Of a stretch of DNA of 64,000 nt, positions 25,495-37,692 are shown in pieces. A model generated the notes under the pieces. It worked only from the letters and a program-made list of their open reading frames with translations, searched no databases and was not told the DNA's origin. The position numbers and the translations under genes were made by a program. How positions within the stretch are numbered: the first letter of the stretch is position 1; each line of letters starts with the position of its first letter. The stretch lies in contig CM059432.1 of assembly GCA_030390025.1 (NCBI GenBank), forward strand, positions 69,566,001 through 69,630,000. Reading direction: 5' to 3'. This DNA comes from Squalus acanthias (Eukaryota).

Positions 25495-26262
25495 GTATGA
25501 AAGATTAGAATGCAATGTTGCTATATAATTGGTAATGGAGCATGCTGAATTTTTATTAACATTTTATCAATTTTCCCTTAGTCTGAGTGGTAAGGAGTTC
25601 TAGGAATGAACAGTATCAAAATACCAAATCACAAGAAGTTATATACTATTTATATTCTGAGCTAGCAAAATAATTATAAGACTTGCCAGTAGTTACATCA
25701 ATTTCCTAATGTAAACTAATTAATGTACCTGTCAACAGTTTGGAATAATAACATTGACTCATTCACAGTAAAAAATGTCTGAAATTCCCAACACTCATTT
25801 CATTATTCTGTTATTACAAATTTTACAGCTCATCTACAAATTAGACATTGTTAAAATCAAAGTTACTCAGCTATTGATCTTCTTAAAAATCTTTGTGCAA
25901 AACAAGATAAAATATAAAATACTATTAACATATTCTCACTGCAGAAGTATTACATGTGTGCAACCATAGAATTATATATTTAGTAAATGCCATAGCATAG
26001 AAATTACTGTTTGCGATAAGATATGAATAGCTAACATTTTAAACATTTGTAAATTAAACAAGTTTATTTCCTGTTGGTGCTGATCACAGATTTATATATT
26101 CTTATACCTCTCCCTGGTGCTCCCCAGTGCGCACCACATCGTAATTAAAAGTTCAGCAGTATCATTAGTTGATGGGACTCTACAGCGCTACATCTCACAT
26201 TTACATCGACACAATTTCTCGGGTCTTGGGGTAGAGTGCTAGTTTCAAAGAGGTGCGAGAAG

Positions 26263-27517
26263 ACATAGATACATAGATACATAGAAGATAGGAGCAGGAG
26301 TAGGCCATCCGGCCCTTCGAGCCTGCTCCGCCATTTAATGAGATCATGGCTGATCCTTCAATTCAGTATCCCGTCCCCGCCTTCTCTCCGTAACCCTTAA
26401 CCCCTTTTGCCTGTAGAAATATATCTAATTCCCTCTTAAATATATTTAATGAGCTGGCGTACACTGCCCTCTGTGGCAATGAGTTCCACAGGTTCACCAC
26501 TCTCTGAGTGAAGAAATTCCCCCTCATTTCTGTCCTAAATGGTTTAGCCCTTATCCTTAAATTATGTCCTCTAGTTCTGTTCTCACCCGCCAAGGGAAAC
26601 ATTCCTTCTGCATCTAATCTGTCTAGACCTGTCAGAATTTTATACACTTCTATGAGGTCCCCTCTCAATCTTCTAAACTCCAGTGTGTACATCCCTAAAC
26701 TACATAGTCTCTCCTCATAGGTCAATCCCGCCATTCCTGGTATCAGCCTGGTGAATCGCCGCTGCACCCCCTCCATGGCAAGAACATCTTTCCTCAGATG
26801 AGGCGACCAAAACTGTACACAGTACTCGAGGTGTGGTCTCACCAGTGCCCTGTACAGCTGCAGCAAGGTATCCCTGTTCCTGTATTCCAACCCTTTTGCT
26901 ATGAAGGCCAGCATACCGTTTGCCTTCTTGACCGCCTGTTGCACCTGCATGCTCGCCTTCAGTGACTGGTGTACAAGAACACCCAGGTCTCTCTGTACTT
27001 CCCCCTCTCCCAATTTATTGCCATTTAAATAATAATTTGCCCTCCCGTTCCTGCACCCAAGGTGGATAACTTCGCACTTGTCCACATTATAGTGCATCTG
27101 CCATTTATCCGCCCAATCACCCAGTCTGTCCAAATCGCTCTGGAGCTTCCTGGTCTCCTCCTCTGAGCCCACCCCCCCTCCTAGTTTAGTGTCGTCTGCA
27201 AATTTGGAAATGCTGCATTCGACTCCCTGATCCAGGTCATTAATATAAATTGTGAACAGCTGGGGACCCAGGACAGATCCCTGCGGTACCCCACTTGTTA
27301 CTGCCTGCCATTCAGAAACTGAGCCGTTTATTCCAACTCTCTGTTTTCTATCTGACAGCCAGTTCTCTATCCACGTCAATACTTTCCCCTTTATCCCATG
27401 AGCTTCAATTTTCCATGCTAATCTTTTATGTGGGACCTTATCGAAGGCCTTTTGGAAGTCCAGGTACACCACATCTACTGGCTCTCCCCCATCTATTTTA
27501 CCAGTTACTCCCTCAAA
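26263..27517 (-). mobile_element. Young 5'-truncated CR1 with intact 369-aa ORF2 C-terminus and (TATGTATC)n tail
   Basis: ORF 26363..27472 has no disablements; octamer tail reads acatagat-acatagat-acataga on +. Confidence 0.95.
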
Positions 27518-28163
27518 AAGACAGATGAGGATGTGAAATAAGGTGGGACTTAGAAACAGCAGGCTTCCGCCCCGAAGATCTAAGTCTGAGAATTCCTGCT
27601 AGGGGCAGGAACAGTGCGATGGAACTTACATTCACCTGATTAAAAACCTGATGTGTAAAAAGAAGGCAGAGCCGGCGGGATGTCATCATCCATGGATCCC
27701 TCACTGCTTCCATCTCCTCTGCCCTAAGTGTCCAGGCTACCGGCAATATACTGGCATTCAGTTCAGTGGCAGAAGTGGGTCCCACAGGGGATGTCTCAGC
27801 CAGGGTCGTAGGCCTGGAACACCCCAGAAGAATAAAATGGGCCTCTGATCTCATCAATTGTGGCAGTTAGAAAATCATGCTGCAACCTTATCACTTAGGC
27901 AGTTTTTCTGCACTCCATCCTGCTGCCCGGCACCCCCTCTCCCAGCTGATGGATAGGGTTCATTCTGGCACGGGTGTCCACCAGATTTATTAAAATTTCC
28001 TGACCCTACTTTGACCCTGGATATTCCAGCACAGTCAGGTTCTAAGTACACTGGTGGGGCATGATTGCCACTCTGCCATAGTTATGGTGGTGGAGTGGGG
28101 TCATGGGTATTTGGCCTCAAGCCTTTAATTACTGTGGGTAGGTAAACCTATCCAAACAGTATA

Positions 28164-28562
28164 CAGGAAACTCTTTATTAACCGGCACCGACGGGACCGG
28201 CGTGGTGCCGGTTTATCGAAAGTACCGAATAACAGAGAGTTATATCTACCGAGGCTATTTTTAACAAAGAAAAATAAATAAATCAAGAAATGTGCAGTAT
28301 ACTTCCGACAGCGCCAGGAGGCCGAGTAGTGGCACTTTTGAAAACTACCCCTACTGACTAAATCGGCGTTCGCGGACTCGGACTCGGGATCGGTAACATT
28401 GCCGGTTATTTGAGAGGAGTTTTCAGAGTACTCGGCGTTCGCGGAGACTCGACTGCGACTCGGCAACATTGCCGGTTATTTGAGAGGAGTTTTCGGACGA
28501 TTATTTTTGCCGGTTAAGCGAGAATTCCGGATATTTGGGTGCCGGATAAACACAAGTTTCTG
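28164..28562. mobile_element. pogo/Tigger-like (Tc1-mariner) MITE, copy 1
   Basis: TA flanks; imperfect ~24-bp TIR CAGGAAACTCTTTATTAACCGGCA; CpG-rich; internal repeat aacattgccggttatttgagaggagttttc. Confidence 0.8.
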
Positions 28563-29766
28563 TACTGTGAAAGAGGTCCCATAATAGTTTATTTTCTAAT
28601 TTCTCATCAGTGCACCTAAACCTATCAGCCATCAAACAGGGCTTTTGAGTCCTGCACTACTTCAACACTTGCTCCTTATTTGATTGGTTGCATAGTGGAT
28701 GCGCTACTGTATGAGGTGGCTGAGAGGAGGATTACTCTTTATGGCAATCCAGGGTACTCTCCTCAGAGGGCAGCAGTGGCAGGAGGTGCCAGTCAAGATC
28801 TATTCTGTTTTTAGTGCCTGCAGGATCTGGGAACAGATGCAGAAGAGAGCGAGTTTAAGAAAGCAGCTAAGATAGAGCTACCCAACCCAGGTAGATTGCC
28901 CAAGTATGTACTCCACAACGTGTTGCTTGTCAACCTGTTACTCATTTACTGCTGGTGCAAGCAAAGCACTCAAGACAACCTTACTACTCTTTCCATTGCT
29001 TATCATACAAGGGACACATCCAAGCTACAACCTACACTGAAGCCCTTGGCACATGGATACGGTAAAAAGGTTCCATACAACAAATCATTCTATTATAACT
29101 AAGCTGCATCATCACTTACAGAAACACAGGATGAGCTACAGGTTGGTATGTGCTGTTGCAACTTACAGCGTCTCAAGACTATTGCACATAATACAAGAAC
29201 TGGAGGAGGCCCAGAAATTAAAATCCTTTAACTCCCTTTGAGGAGCTCACCGTGGACACCTTGTCTGGATGAGCACTGAGGCAATAGGGGAAGATGAAGA
29301 TGTAGGCCTGTCAAATCTCGGGGTTGATGCTGTCCGTTTCTTGTTATGATTTGTCTACTCACTGACAAACAGGAATATACAGAACTACAAAAATATCACG
29401 CACATTATCATACTTTTGTATGGAGCAAGCCTTTCAACATTTGAAGGGGGCAAAATTTGGTAGCCCCTGAAAACGGGTGCGGGGATCACGATTAACCCGC
29501 GCCCGTTGCTTCCAATGCAGGCAGCACGCCAACCTCGTGCAGCCTGCTAAGTAACATGATTGCAGCGTGCAGCCAGCGCTAATCACGCTGTTGAGTGGCT
29601 CCACACCTCAGCAGGGGGCACAAGATTGTGCGAGGCTAGCACCAGTTAAAGCTAGCCTGCACTACGTAAAGCCAGTCTGCACCTCTTAAAGGGGAAGTGC
29701 ATTCTGGCTGGAGCAGGTGCTGGAACTGTTTGTGGAATAGAGTCTGAGCAGGAAGAAGAGTGAATT

Positions 29767-31170
29767 ATGGCACAACAGGGGAGAGAGCATGCTTCAAGGT
29801 TCTCTGGTGCTGCACTGGAGGCCTTGATGGAGGAGATGGAGAGGAGGAGCAAGGCCCTTTATCCACAGGGGGCCAGGAGGCCCTCCAGACAAACTCTACG
29901 AAGGCAGTGGGAGTAGATAGCCGTGGCGGTCAATGTCAGGAGTCAGTCCCGAGGACCTGGATGCAGGGCTGCAAGAGGTTCAATGACCTCACACAAGTGG
30001 TCAAGGTCAGTGAATGTATCTTCAAATGCCATATCCCACCAACTGCATCACTAGCCTCAGCAACTGCTCAATGCACCACACACCCATCACTCAACTACCA
30101 ACAATCTCTATCAATCACAGCTCATATCTAACATTCAAAGCTTCACCACTCTCACACTTAGCACTGCTGCAAGCCTCACACCCACATCTCACAGCTTGCA
30201 CACACTGCCAGCTATTCAACCATGACAGGCACATCACCCAAACAGATTGTACCATACTCACTGACACACTTCCCTCTCTCTTGCAGGGCAAGTTGGCGCA
30301 CAACCGGAGGCAGCCGGAGCTAACCGGTAGGGGACAAGCACGGCTGCATGTCCTTACCCTGATGAAGGAGACGGTGGTCGCCATCATTGGAGTGGTCATT
30401 GCTGAGCCCGTGGCCAGTGGTGGAGCTGAAACCATTGATGATAATGGTATCCTCCTTCTCATATCTCACTTCTCCCTATCTCTTCTGATTTACAAGCTGC
30501 AGATGGTGTAAGCATGCACCTCTTGCTTTCACCCCCTCCCCAAACCACAACACTAGTCTTGTGTCTTTCTCCTTTCAGATACCCAAGAACTGCAACCTGG
30601 CCAGGCAGTGGTGAAAGAGCAACAGGTGGAAGAGCAGGGAGACAGTGATGAAGAGGAAACACTGTCGCTCGATTTCGCACATACAGCCAACAGCTTGGAT
30701 AGCTTAAAGGAGGGATCTGCACGTGGTGAGACACCGGGCATGAGTGGCCTGCAGCCAGGGCAGGGGACAAGGGTAGCGCAGGTGCCAGCTCGCTGGGGGC
30801 AAGGTCGCACACGAGTACTGCTGCAGAGGACTCAGATGAGCACATCAATGGGGTGGGCTACAGAAGAAGGCTGATGGGTCTGCCCAATGAAATACTTGGT
30901 GCATTGGTAGGCCTGCAGGAAAGCCTGCGTGCAATGTGAAGGAGCATGGAAGAGTCCGGCACCAACTTGGCACAGGGTTTTGCGCAGAGCTTGGAGCCCA
31001 TCCTTCCTAGCATGGAAGTGGTGGCCAACTCTGTTAGCACGCTTGCGGACTCAACCATGATGCAGCGTCGGATGTCTCAGTTTCCATTGCAGCACAAGCA
31101 GAAACCACCCAACATCTGGGTGCTGCAGTGGAAGCTCAGACTTCTGTCATGCAAGATCAGCTTGCTGCCA
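29767..31170 (+). pseudogene. Harbinger-derived spliced Myb/SANT (MSANTD/NAIF1-like) gene relic
   Basis: Exon 29767..30005 MAQQGREHASRFSGAALEALMEE...QWE*IA...RTWMQGCKRFNDLTQVVK|gtcagt; exon 30287..30446 GKLAHNRR...TG.G; third exon from 30579; stops and frameshifts. Confidence 0.78.
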
Positions 31171-32416
31171 CGGAAGCTCAGGCAGAGTGGCGGGCTGATC
31201 GATCGCGGGCAGGAACCCGCGGAAAAAACGAGAACAGGAAAGGCAAGTTTTTTTTCCACTTACCTTGGCCACCTCGTCTTTAATCATCGCCCCCGAAGCG
31301 GCCGGCTGCCCGATGCACGCCTCCTGCAGCTGTCGGTGTTTTCGCCCGGCACTGTTGCAGGGGGTGGAAGTCAATTTCGGGTCCAGGGCGATGCGCACGC
31401 CGATGACGTCACGATCTCCGGGCGAAAGAGATCGGGGCGCAACGCCGTAGCGCCGCCGCAAAACTTCTGCCGAATATAGCAGTATAGCAGGAGTCGATGT
31501 CAGCGCCGCAACCAGTTGCAAAGACATTTGCGCCCCGTTAGTACCCCAGGTGGCGCTAATGGGAGGCGCAAAGGCACCCAATTTCACCAACTAACACTTT
31601 AACCTCCCACCCGACCCCAACCCAACCGTTTTTTAGAGTTAAAATTCCTCCCACTGTTCCTCACTGAGGTTCAGGTAGGAAAATTGCTCCCTGAAAAGCC
31701 TGGGCCGATATGGCCTCCTGCCGAGAGTATTCTCTTTCTCCTCCTCACTCTGCTAGCATCTTGTCATGCTCTGTGTCACTTCAGCTCATTCTCCCTGTCA
31801 TGCTGTAGTCCAAGTAGAATGCCTACTACTGCACCAATGTCTGGGAGCAAGTGATTTGTGCAGAATCCATGAAGTCAGGACTAATCCTTCAGCACCTGCC
31901 ACACCACTCCCTGTAGACTTTTAGAAACTTTAGAGAACTCTAGAAACCACCAAACACTTCTACAATCATAGCAACAGCCAGTAGAAATCAGTCAGCAACT
32001 AACCTGTAAGTAGTTGATGATCCCTTTAAATAGCGCTGTTGGGGGTGTTCCTTCCTGCTGCTGAACACATGTTCAGCTGTGCGTGTTTAAGAGAGGGTGT
32101 TAGCTGGAGCGTTGATTTCCAAAATGGCAGCGCTGATGTCACGACCTGCCTACTCTGCATACCTCCGGTGCACACTCCCTGCGCATGCGCTAATGCACTC
32201 ACCAAGATGGCGTCCAGCACGGCTGGCACCAGAAGTGCGCGCGCACACACCGCGGACACCGTTTTGGAACCTAAATGGCACTCGTAGCATCCAAACAACA
32301 TGCGCTACGGAGCCGAATTTTGCGGCCGAAGTCAATGGAAATGAAACTCGGGAGATATGCGTGATGCTGGCAAGGCAGCATTTATTGCCCATCCCTAGTT
32401 ACCCTGTGGACATTAA

Positions 32417-33874
32417 GGGCTCGATTTTGTCAATGGGGACGTGATGGACGCGGGACTCCCACTTTTTGGGTTGTAGTCCCGCCTCCATCGATTTGTGGTC
32501 AACCCATGCTACTTTCCCTTGATTAACCTTGTTAAGCCCGTCCAGCGGGCTCAGCAGGCCAATTAAGGGACACCTGGATACTGGTGACGTCAGCGATTGA
32601 CATTTCATCTGTCGAGAGCTTTTGACAGATGAAATATCAGCGTTTGACAGCTCTGTGAAGCTGTCAAACACTGACAATCTGGGCTGGATTTTCATTGACC
32701 CGTGGAGGCGGGTTTGGAGGCGTGTGGGGGGTTAAAATTGCGAAAACTGGCGGGCGGACACAAGTCCGCCTCCACGCAATTTTCATGAAATCGTGTCTGC
32801 TGGTCCCGACTGCGTCCCGCCTTTAAGAGACAGGATAGGCTGTTAAGGCCCTTAACAAGCACTAAATTGGCTCTATAATGCCAATATGAAAGGCCTTTGT
32901 GATTTTAACCCTTGTTCTACGTGAAGCACGCCTGTTCTGAACCACGATTCTGAAACCTGGCGGGAGCACATTTGGCTGGATCTCTCTCTCTCTCTCTCTC
33001 TCTGTCTGTCTGTCTGTGGTGGTGTAAAAATATCTCGGCGCAGACTTAGGGCTGCTGCTGCTCATTTTGTATCCAGGTCCTCTCACAGCAAAGGCCAGGC
33101 AGTCTTTGCAGACCTTCAATGCAGTAGCAATGATGACATCATCAGAAGCGACGTTCAGACTGAAAACACTAATTGGTTCATGGGTTCCCACATGCTGGAA
33201 CTCAATTGCCCAGTTAGGTGAAAATCGCATCAATCTCCCACATCCAATTGCAGTCGGGTGGATAACACGAAAAGTGGATGACACGACCCCAACCCGCCCC
33301 AGTATCAAAATCCAGCCCTCTGTCTTCTAACTTGAGTCCTTCTACTCAGACTCAGTTGGAGAGCTCTCCAGACCAGCTTTTGACAGCTCAGCGGCCATTC
33401 TGCTTTCTGTGCCGGTGAGCTGAGGGACTCCCGAGACCTGAAGGGAGGAAGCCTGGAGGAGAAAGTAAAAGTAAGTAAAACTTATTAAAACACTTTATAC
33501 ACACCAAACACACTTACCTCTGCACTCATGCACCCATCACTCACCTGTACACCGGACATCTCGACCCCTCCAAGCCCTGCAGACCGATGGTCCGCCTCGC
33601 TAACTTGGATTGGTTTGGAGCCGTCGGGCAGCCCACACTTCAGGGCTAAAAATAGGGATTAGCCAAAAAACTGCCTGTTAACTACCTGTTAACAGGCAGT
33701 TAATTGGCACTAATCCCCTTCCCGCCTCGGGGAGGTGGCTCCCAGCACAGGTTGGGTACCTGCCTCCTGGGACATTGGCATGGGAGCAGGATGGGTACGT
33801 GCCCCCCGAATCTGCAATTTTCACACCACTCCCGCCTCCAAACCCACCTCCACGGGGCTTGGAAAATCGAGCCC
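32417..33874. mobile_element. Harbinger-type MITE hosting a family E copy
   Basis: TIR GGGCTCGATTTT / AAAATCGAGCCC; TSD TAA. Confidence 0.88.
32681..33318. mobile_element. Harbinger-type MITE family E
   Basis: TIR GGGCTGGATTTT / AAAATCCAGCCC; TSD TCT; internal (TC)n(TCTG)n. Confidence 0.88.
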
Positions 33875-34238
33875 TAAGAGTCAACCACATAATGTGGGGC
33901 TAGAGTCACATGTAGGCCAGACCAGCTAGGGCATGACAGGTTCCCTTCCCTGAAGGACTTTAGTGAATCAGTTAGATTTCTATGACAATCAAGCAGCTTT
34001 TATGGTCAATCAATGGAATTTTCCCATTTTTAAAACTACTGTTGAGAGCCCACTATAAAAGATTATAATCCAGTAAATAAACTAAAATACTGTAGTGTAA
34101 TTACCTTCACAGTCCATGGACCAAAAATAAATTCCATAGCTGCATTACAGTATATTCTGTGTTTTAATTTCACATCAAATACTATTAAGACCTCAGACAG
34201 GTCCATTGGAGGATCAAAATATGTCAGTAGAAGATAAT

Positions 34239-34994
34239 TGCCCGTAATTTCCGATAGGAGGCTTCCTGCGTGCGGATGCCTCCTATCGGAAAAAAATCTA
34301 TGAACTTACCTGAGGGCTCCCGAGGTCCGGACACTTCCGCTCCTGGGCCTCTCCACAGTCGAAATGCGCAGGGCCCACGTATCCCAGGGGCGCATGCAGT
34401 TCGCAAGCATCCCTGGGATCACGTGGGCCAGGCCAGCCAATAGAAGAAGGGAATCTCCCTTCATACTTTTGACAGATAGACTTGTCAAATATATGAATGG
34501 AGATCACCTCAAAAACACAGTAAAACATTAAATAAATTGTTTTTTAAATCACGTTTTTAAAATGAGTTAAAATTACAATAAATTAAATATTTTAACCAAA
34601 AATTAAATTTTTTGAAAAAAATAATTAAAGTTTTTTACTGGGCTAAAAATAAACGTAACTTTTTTTAAAGTATTTGAAAATTATAAATGAGTGAAATTTT
34701 TTTAAAACTTTTTTTCAACTCTTATGCTGGTAAAAGCAGGCCTTACGCTTGCTTTTACCAGGCATCAGATTTCTAAGGGATTTCAGCGGGCAGAGGTTCT
34801 GCAGAAAGTGGAACACTCCACCCGCAGAGGCCCTTCTCTATAGCAGACGTCCAATCTGTCAAGAGCATTCTTGACAGATCGGAAATGCCGGTTTTCAGCG
34901 CATGCGCTTAGCATGCCTGAAACTGGCATTTCCGATGTCCCTACGGGTGTGTACACAGCCCGTACACGCCCGTAGGCATCAAAAAATACGGGCC
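34239..34994. mobile_element. Harbinger-type MITE family D, copy 2
   Basis: TGCCCGTAATTT / AAAATACGGGCC; TSD AAT. Confidence 0.82.
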
Positions 34995-35492
34995 AATACT
35001 TATAAACTTAATTCAAACTATGTAGTGCATCAGATTGGTACATTAAGGGTAATTTATCTACTTTGCGCATTCTTGAATTTGTGATATGTGCTGCCACGAG
35101 GCGAAGCTTCCTCCCAGCAGGGCAAAGTTAGAAAATTGCCCATGCTGTTCTTACTGCTGCAACCTAAGATTGAACCTAACTCTGACTGAGGGATGATTGT
35201 CATTGTCATTTGGCTGTAAGGGCACTATGTGATGGAGGTAACGCAGTTCCTCATGGGAACCTCACTCTGAAAGGCCACAAGGATCGTGGGTTTGGGATGT
35301 GAGAAAGAAGTGTTGCAAATGGTGCCATGGGAGTGATCTGTAATTGGGGCTAATTGTCGGGGCAGAGTAGATGGATCTTTACTCTGTATACTATATACTA
35401 GTCATGATGCGGAGATGCCGGTGTTGGACTGGGGTGGACAAAATTGAGAGGTCGCACAACACCAGGTTATAGTCCAACAGTTTTATTTGAAA

Positions 35493-35534
35493 TCACAAGC
35501 TTTCGGAGCTATCGATTGCTCCTTCCTCAGGTGA
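35493..35534 (-). ncRNA. Minimal hammerhead ribozyme, mirror copy
   Basis: Exact reverse complement of 37651..37692. Confidence 0.85.
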
Positions 35535-35866
35535 AGTAAATTAGATACAGAATCGCCAAAGCATATATAGATAGAAAACAAAGCATGTGTACTTTACAAT
35601 TGCAGACCAATAAATTAAATCATCCTGACTATCTGCCGAGGTGTGATAAAGTTAATTAAGTCAGCCAGGAAGGTACCACATCAAAGACATAGCAAGATAC
35701 AACTGAGACAATGAGGTGTAGTCGCAGGGGTTCTAACGTGTCAAAAGCTGCCGTCTGTATGTAAAACGAAAAGCTTTAACATTTTTTTACTTTTTTACTG
35801 GGAAAATTTTTACTTTTTTACTGGGAATCACATCTGTGAACAAGCTAACGACGACTCGAGTCCGGA

Positions 35867-36599
35867 TCACGTCATGTATCGTGACATAAACCCAAGATCC
35901 CGATTGAGACCGTCTTCATGAGTGCGGAACTTGGCTATCAGTTTCTGCTCGATGATTTTGCGTTGTCGTGTGTTTCTAAGGTTGCCTTGGAGAACGCTTA
36001 CCCGCAGATCCGAGGCTGAATGTCCTTGACTGCTGAAGTGTTCCCCGACTGGGAGGTAACAATCCTGCCTGGCGATTGTTGCGCGGTGCTCGTTCATACG
36101 TTGTCTCAGTGTCTGCATGGTCTCGCCGATGTACCATGCCGCGGTGCATTCTTTCCTGCAACGTATGAGGTAGACAACGTTGGCCGAGTCACATGAGTAT
36201 GTACCATGTACCTGGTGAGTAGTGTCCTCACGTGTGATGGTGGTATCTGTGTTGATGATCTGGCATGTCTTGCAGAGTTTGCCATGGCAGGGTTGTGTGG
36301 TGTCGTGGTCGCTGTTATCCTGAAAGCTGGGTAATTTGCTGCGAACGATGGTACTTCTGAGGTTAGGCGGCTGTTTGATGGCAAGTAGTGGAGGCGTGGG
36401 GATGGCCTTAGCGAGGTGTTTGTCGTCATCGATGACATGTTGAAGGCTGCGAAGAACATGGCGTAGTTTCTCCGCTCCGGGGAAGTACTGGACGACGTAG
36501 GGTACCCTGTTGGTTGTGTCCCGTGTTTGCCTTCTGAGGAGGTCTATGCGATTTTTCGCTGTGGCCCGTCGGAACTGTCGATCGATGAGTCGAGCGTCA
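35867..36599 (-). pseudogene. PLE polyprotein C-terminus: linker, Cys motif and GIY-YIG endonuclease (RT lost by 5' truncation)
   Basis: DARLIDRQFRRA...PCHGKLCKTC...NVVYLIRC..C...WYIGET..TLRQRMNEHR...E..LI..F.T...GLN; uninterrupted frame. Confidence 0.9.
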
Positions 36600-37318
36600 T
36601 CGATCGACAGTTCCGACGGGCCACAGCGAAAAATCGCATAGACCTCCTCAGAAGGCAAACACGGGACACAACCAACAGGGTACCCTACGTCGTCCAGTAC
36701 TTCCCCGGAGCGGAGAAACTACGCCATGTTCTTCGCAGCCTTCAACATGTCATCGATGACGACAAACACCTCGCTAAGGCCATCCCCACGCCTCCACTAC
36801 TTGCCTTCAAACAGCCGCCTAACCTCAGAAGTACCATCGTTCGCAGCAAATTACCCAGCTTTCAGGATAACAGCGACCACGACACCACACAACCCTGCCA
36901 TGGCAAACTCTGCAAGACATGCCAGATCATCAACACAGATACCACCATCACACGTGAGGACACTACCCACCAGGTACATGGTACATACTCATGTGACTCG
37001 GCCAACGTTGTCTACCTCATACGTTGCAGGAAAGAATGCACCGCGGCATGGTACATCGGCGAGACCATGCAGACACTGAGACAACGTATGAACGAGCACC
37101 GCGCAACAATCGCCAGGCAGGATTGTTACCTCCCAGTCGGGGAACACTTCAGCAGTCAAGGACATTCAGCCTCGGATCTGCGGGTAAGCGTTCTCCAAGG
37201 CAACCTTAGAAACACACGACAACGCAAAATCATCGAGCAGAAACTGATAGCCAAGTTCCGCACTCATGAAGACGGTCTCAATCGGGATCTTGGGTTTATG
37301 TCACGATACATGACGTGA
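36597..37318 (+). pseudogene. Mirror copy of the PLE GIY-YIG ORF fragment
   Basis: Same protein as the minus-arm copy apart from F/I at LLA(F/I)KQ. Confidence 0.9.
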
Positions 37319-37650
37319 TCCGGACTCGAGTCGTCGTTAGCTTGTTCACAGATGTGATTCCCAGTAAAAAAGTAAAAATTTTCCCAGTAAAAAAGTAAAA
37401 AAATGTTAAAGCTTTTCGTTTTACATACAGACGGCAGCTTTTGACACGTTAGAACCCCTGCGACTACACCTCATTGTCTCAGTTGTATCTTGCTATGTCT
37501 TTGATGTGGTACCTTCCTGGCTGACTTAATTAACTTTATCACACCTCGGCAGATAGTCAGGATGATTTAATTTATTGGTCTGCAATTGTAAAGTACACAT
37601 GCTTTGTTTTCTATCTATATATGCTTTGGCGATTCTGTATCTAATTTACT

Positions 37651-37692
37651 TCACCTGAGGAAGGAGCAATCGATAGCTCCGAAAGCTTGTGA
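37651..37692 (+). ncRNA. Minimal type I hammerhead ribozyme in the PLE pseudo-LTR
   Basis: TCAC-CTGAGGA-A-GGAGC(aatcgata)GCTCC-GAAA-GC-TT-GTGA: stem I, CUGANGA box, stem II, GAAA box, minimal palindromic stem III, UH site. Confidence 0.85.

Noticed and set aside
28370..28500. CRISPR-like direct repeats
   Set aside because: Only two internal repeats inside a TA-flanked MITE, in a eukaryotic context with no cas genes.
29445..31590. Exact TIR boundaries for the Myb-bearing element
   Set aside because: Candidate ends are only loosely complementary and no TSD could be verified, so only the gene relic is reported.
36527..36596. N-terminus MPSEEVYAIFRCGPSELSID of the two 263-aa ORFs as a real protein start
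   Set aside because: It is the antisense of the opposite arm read across the palindrome centre from a non-ATG start, so it is an artefact of the inversion.
35867..37318. Standalone homing endonuclease or host nuclease gene
   Set aside because: The linker, Cys motif, hammerhead, tail and TSD identify a truncated Penelope-like element; there is no promoter or true start.
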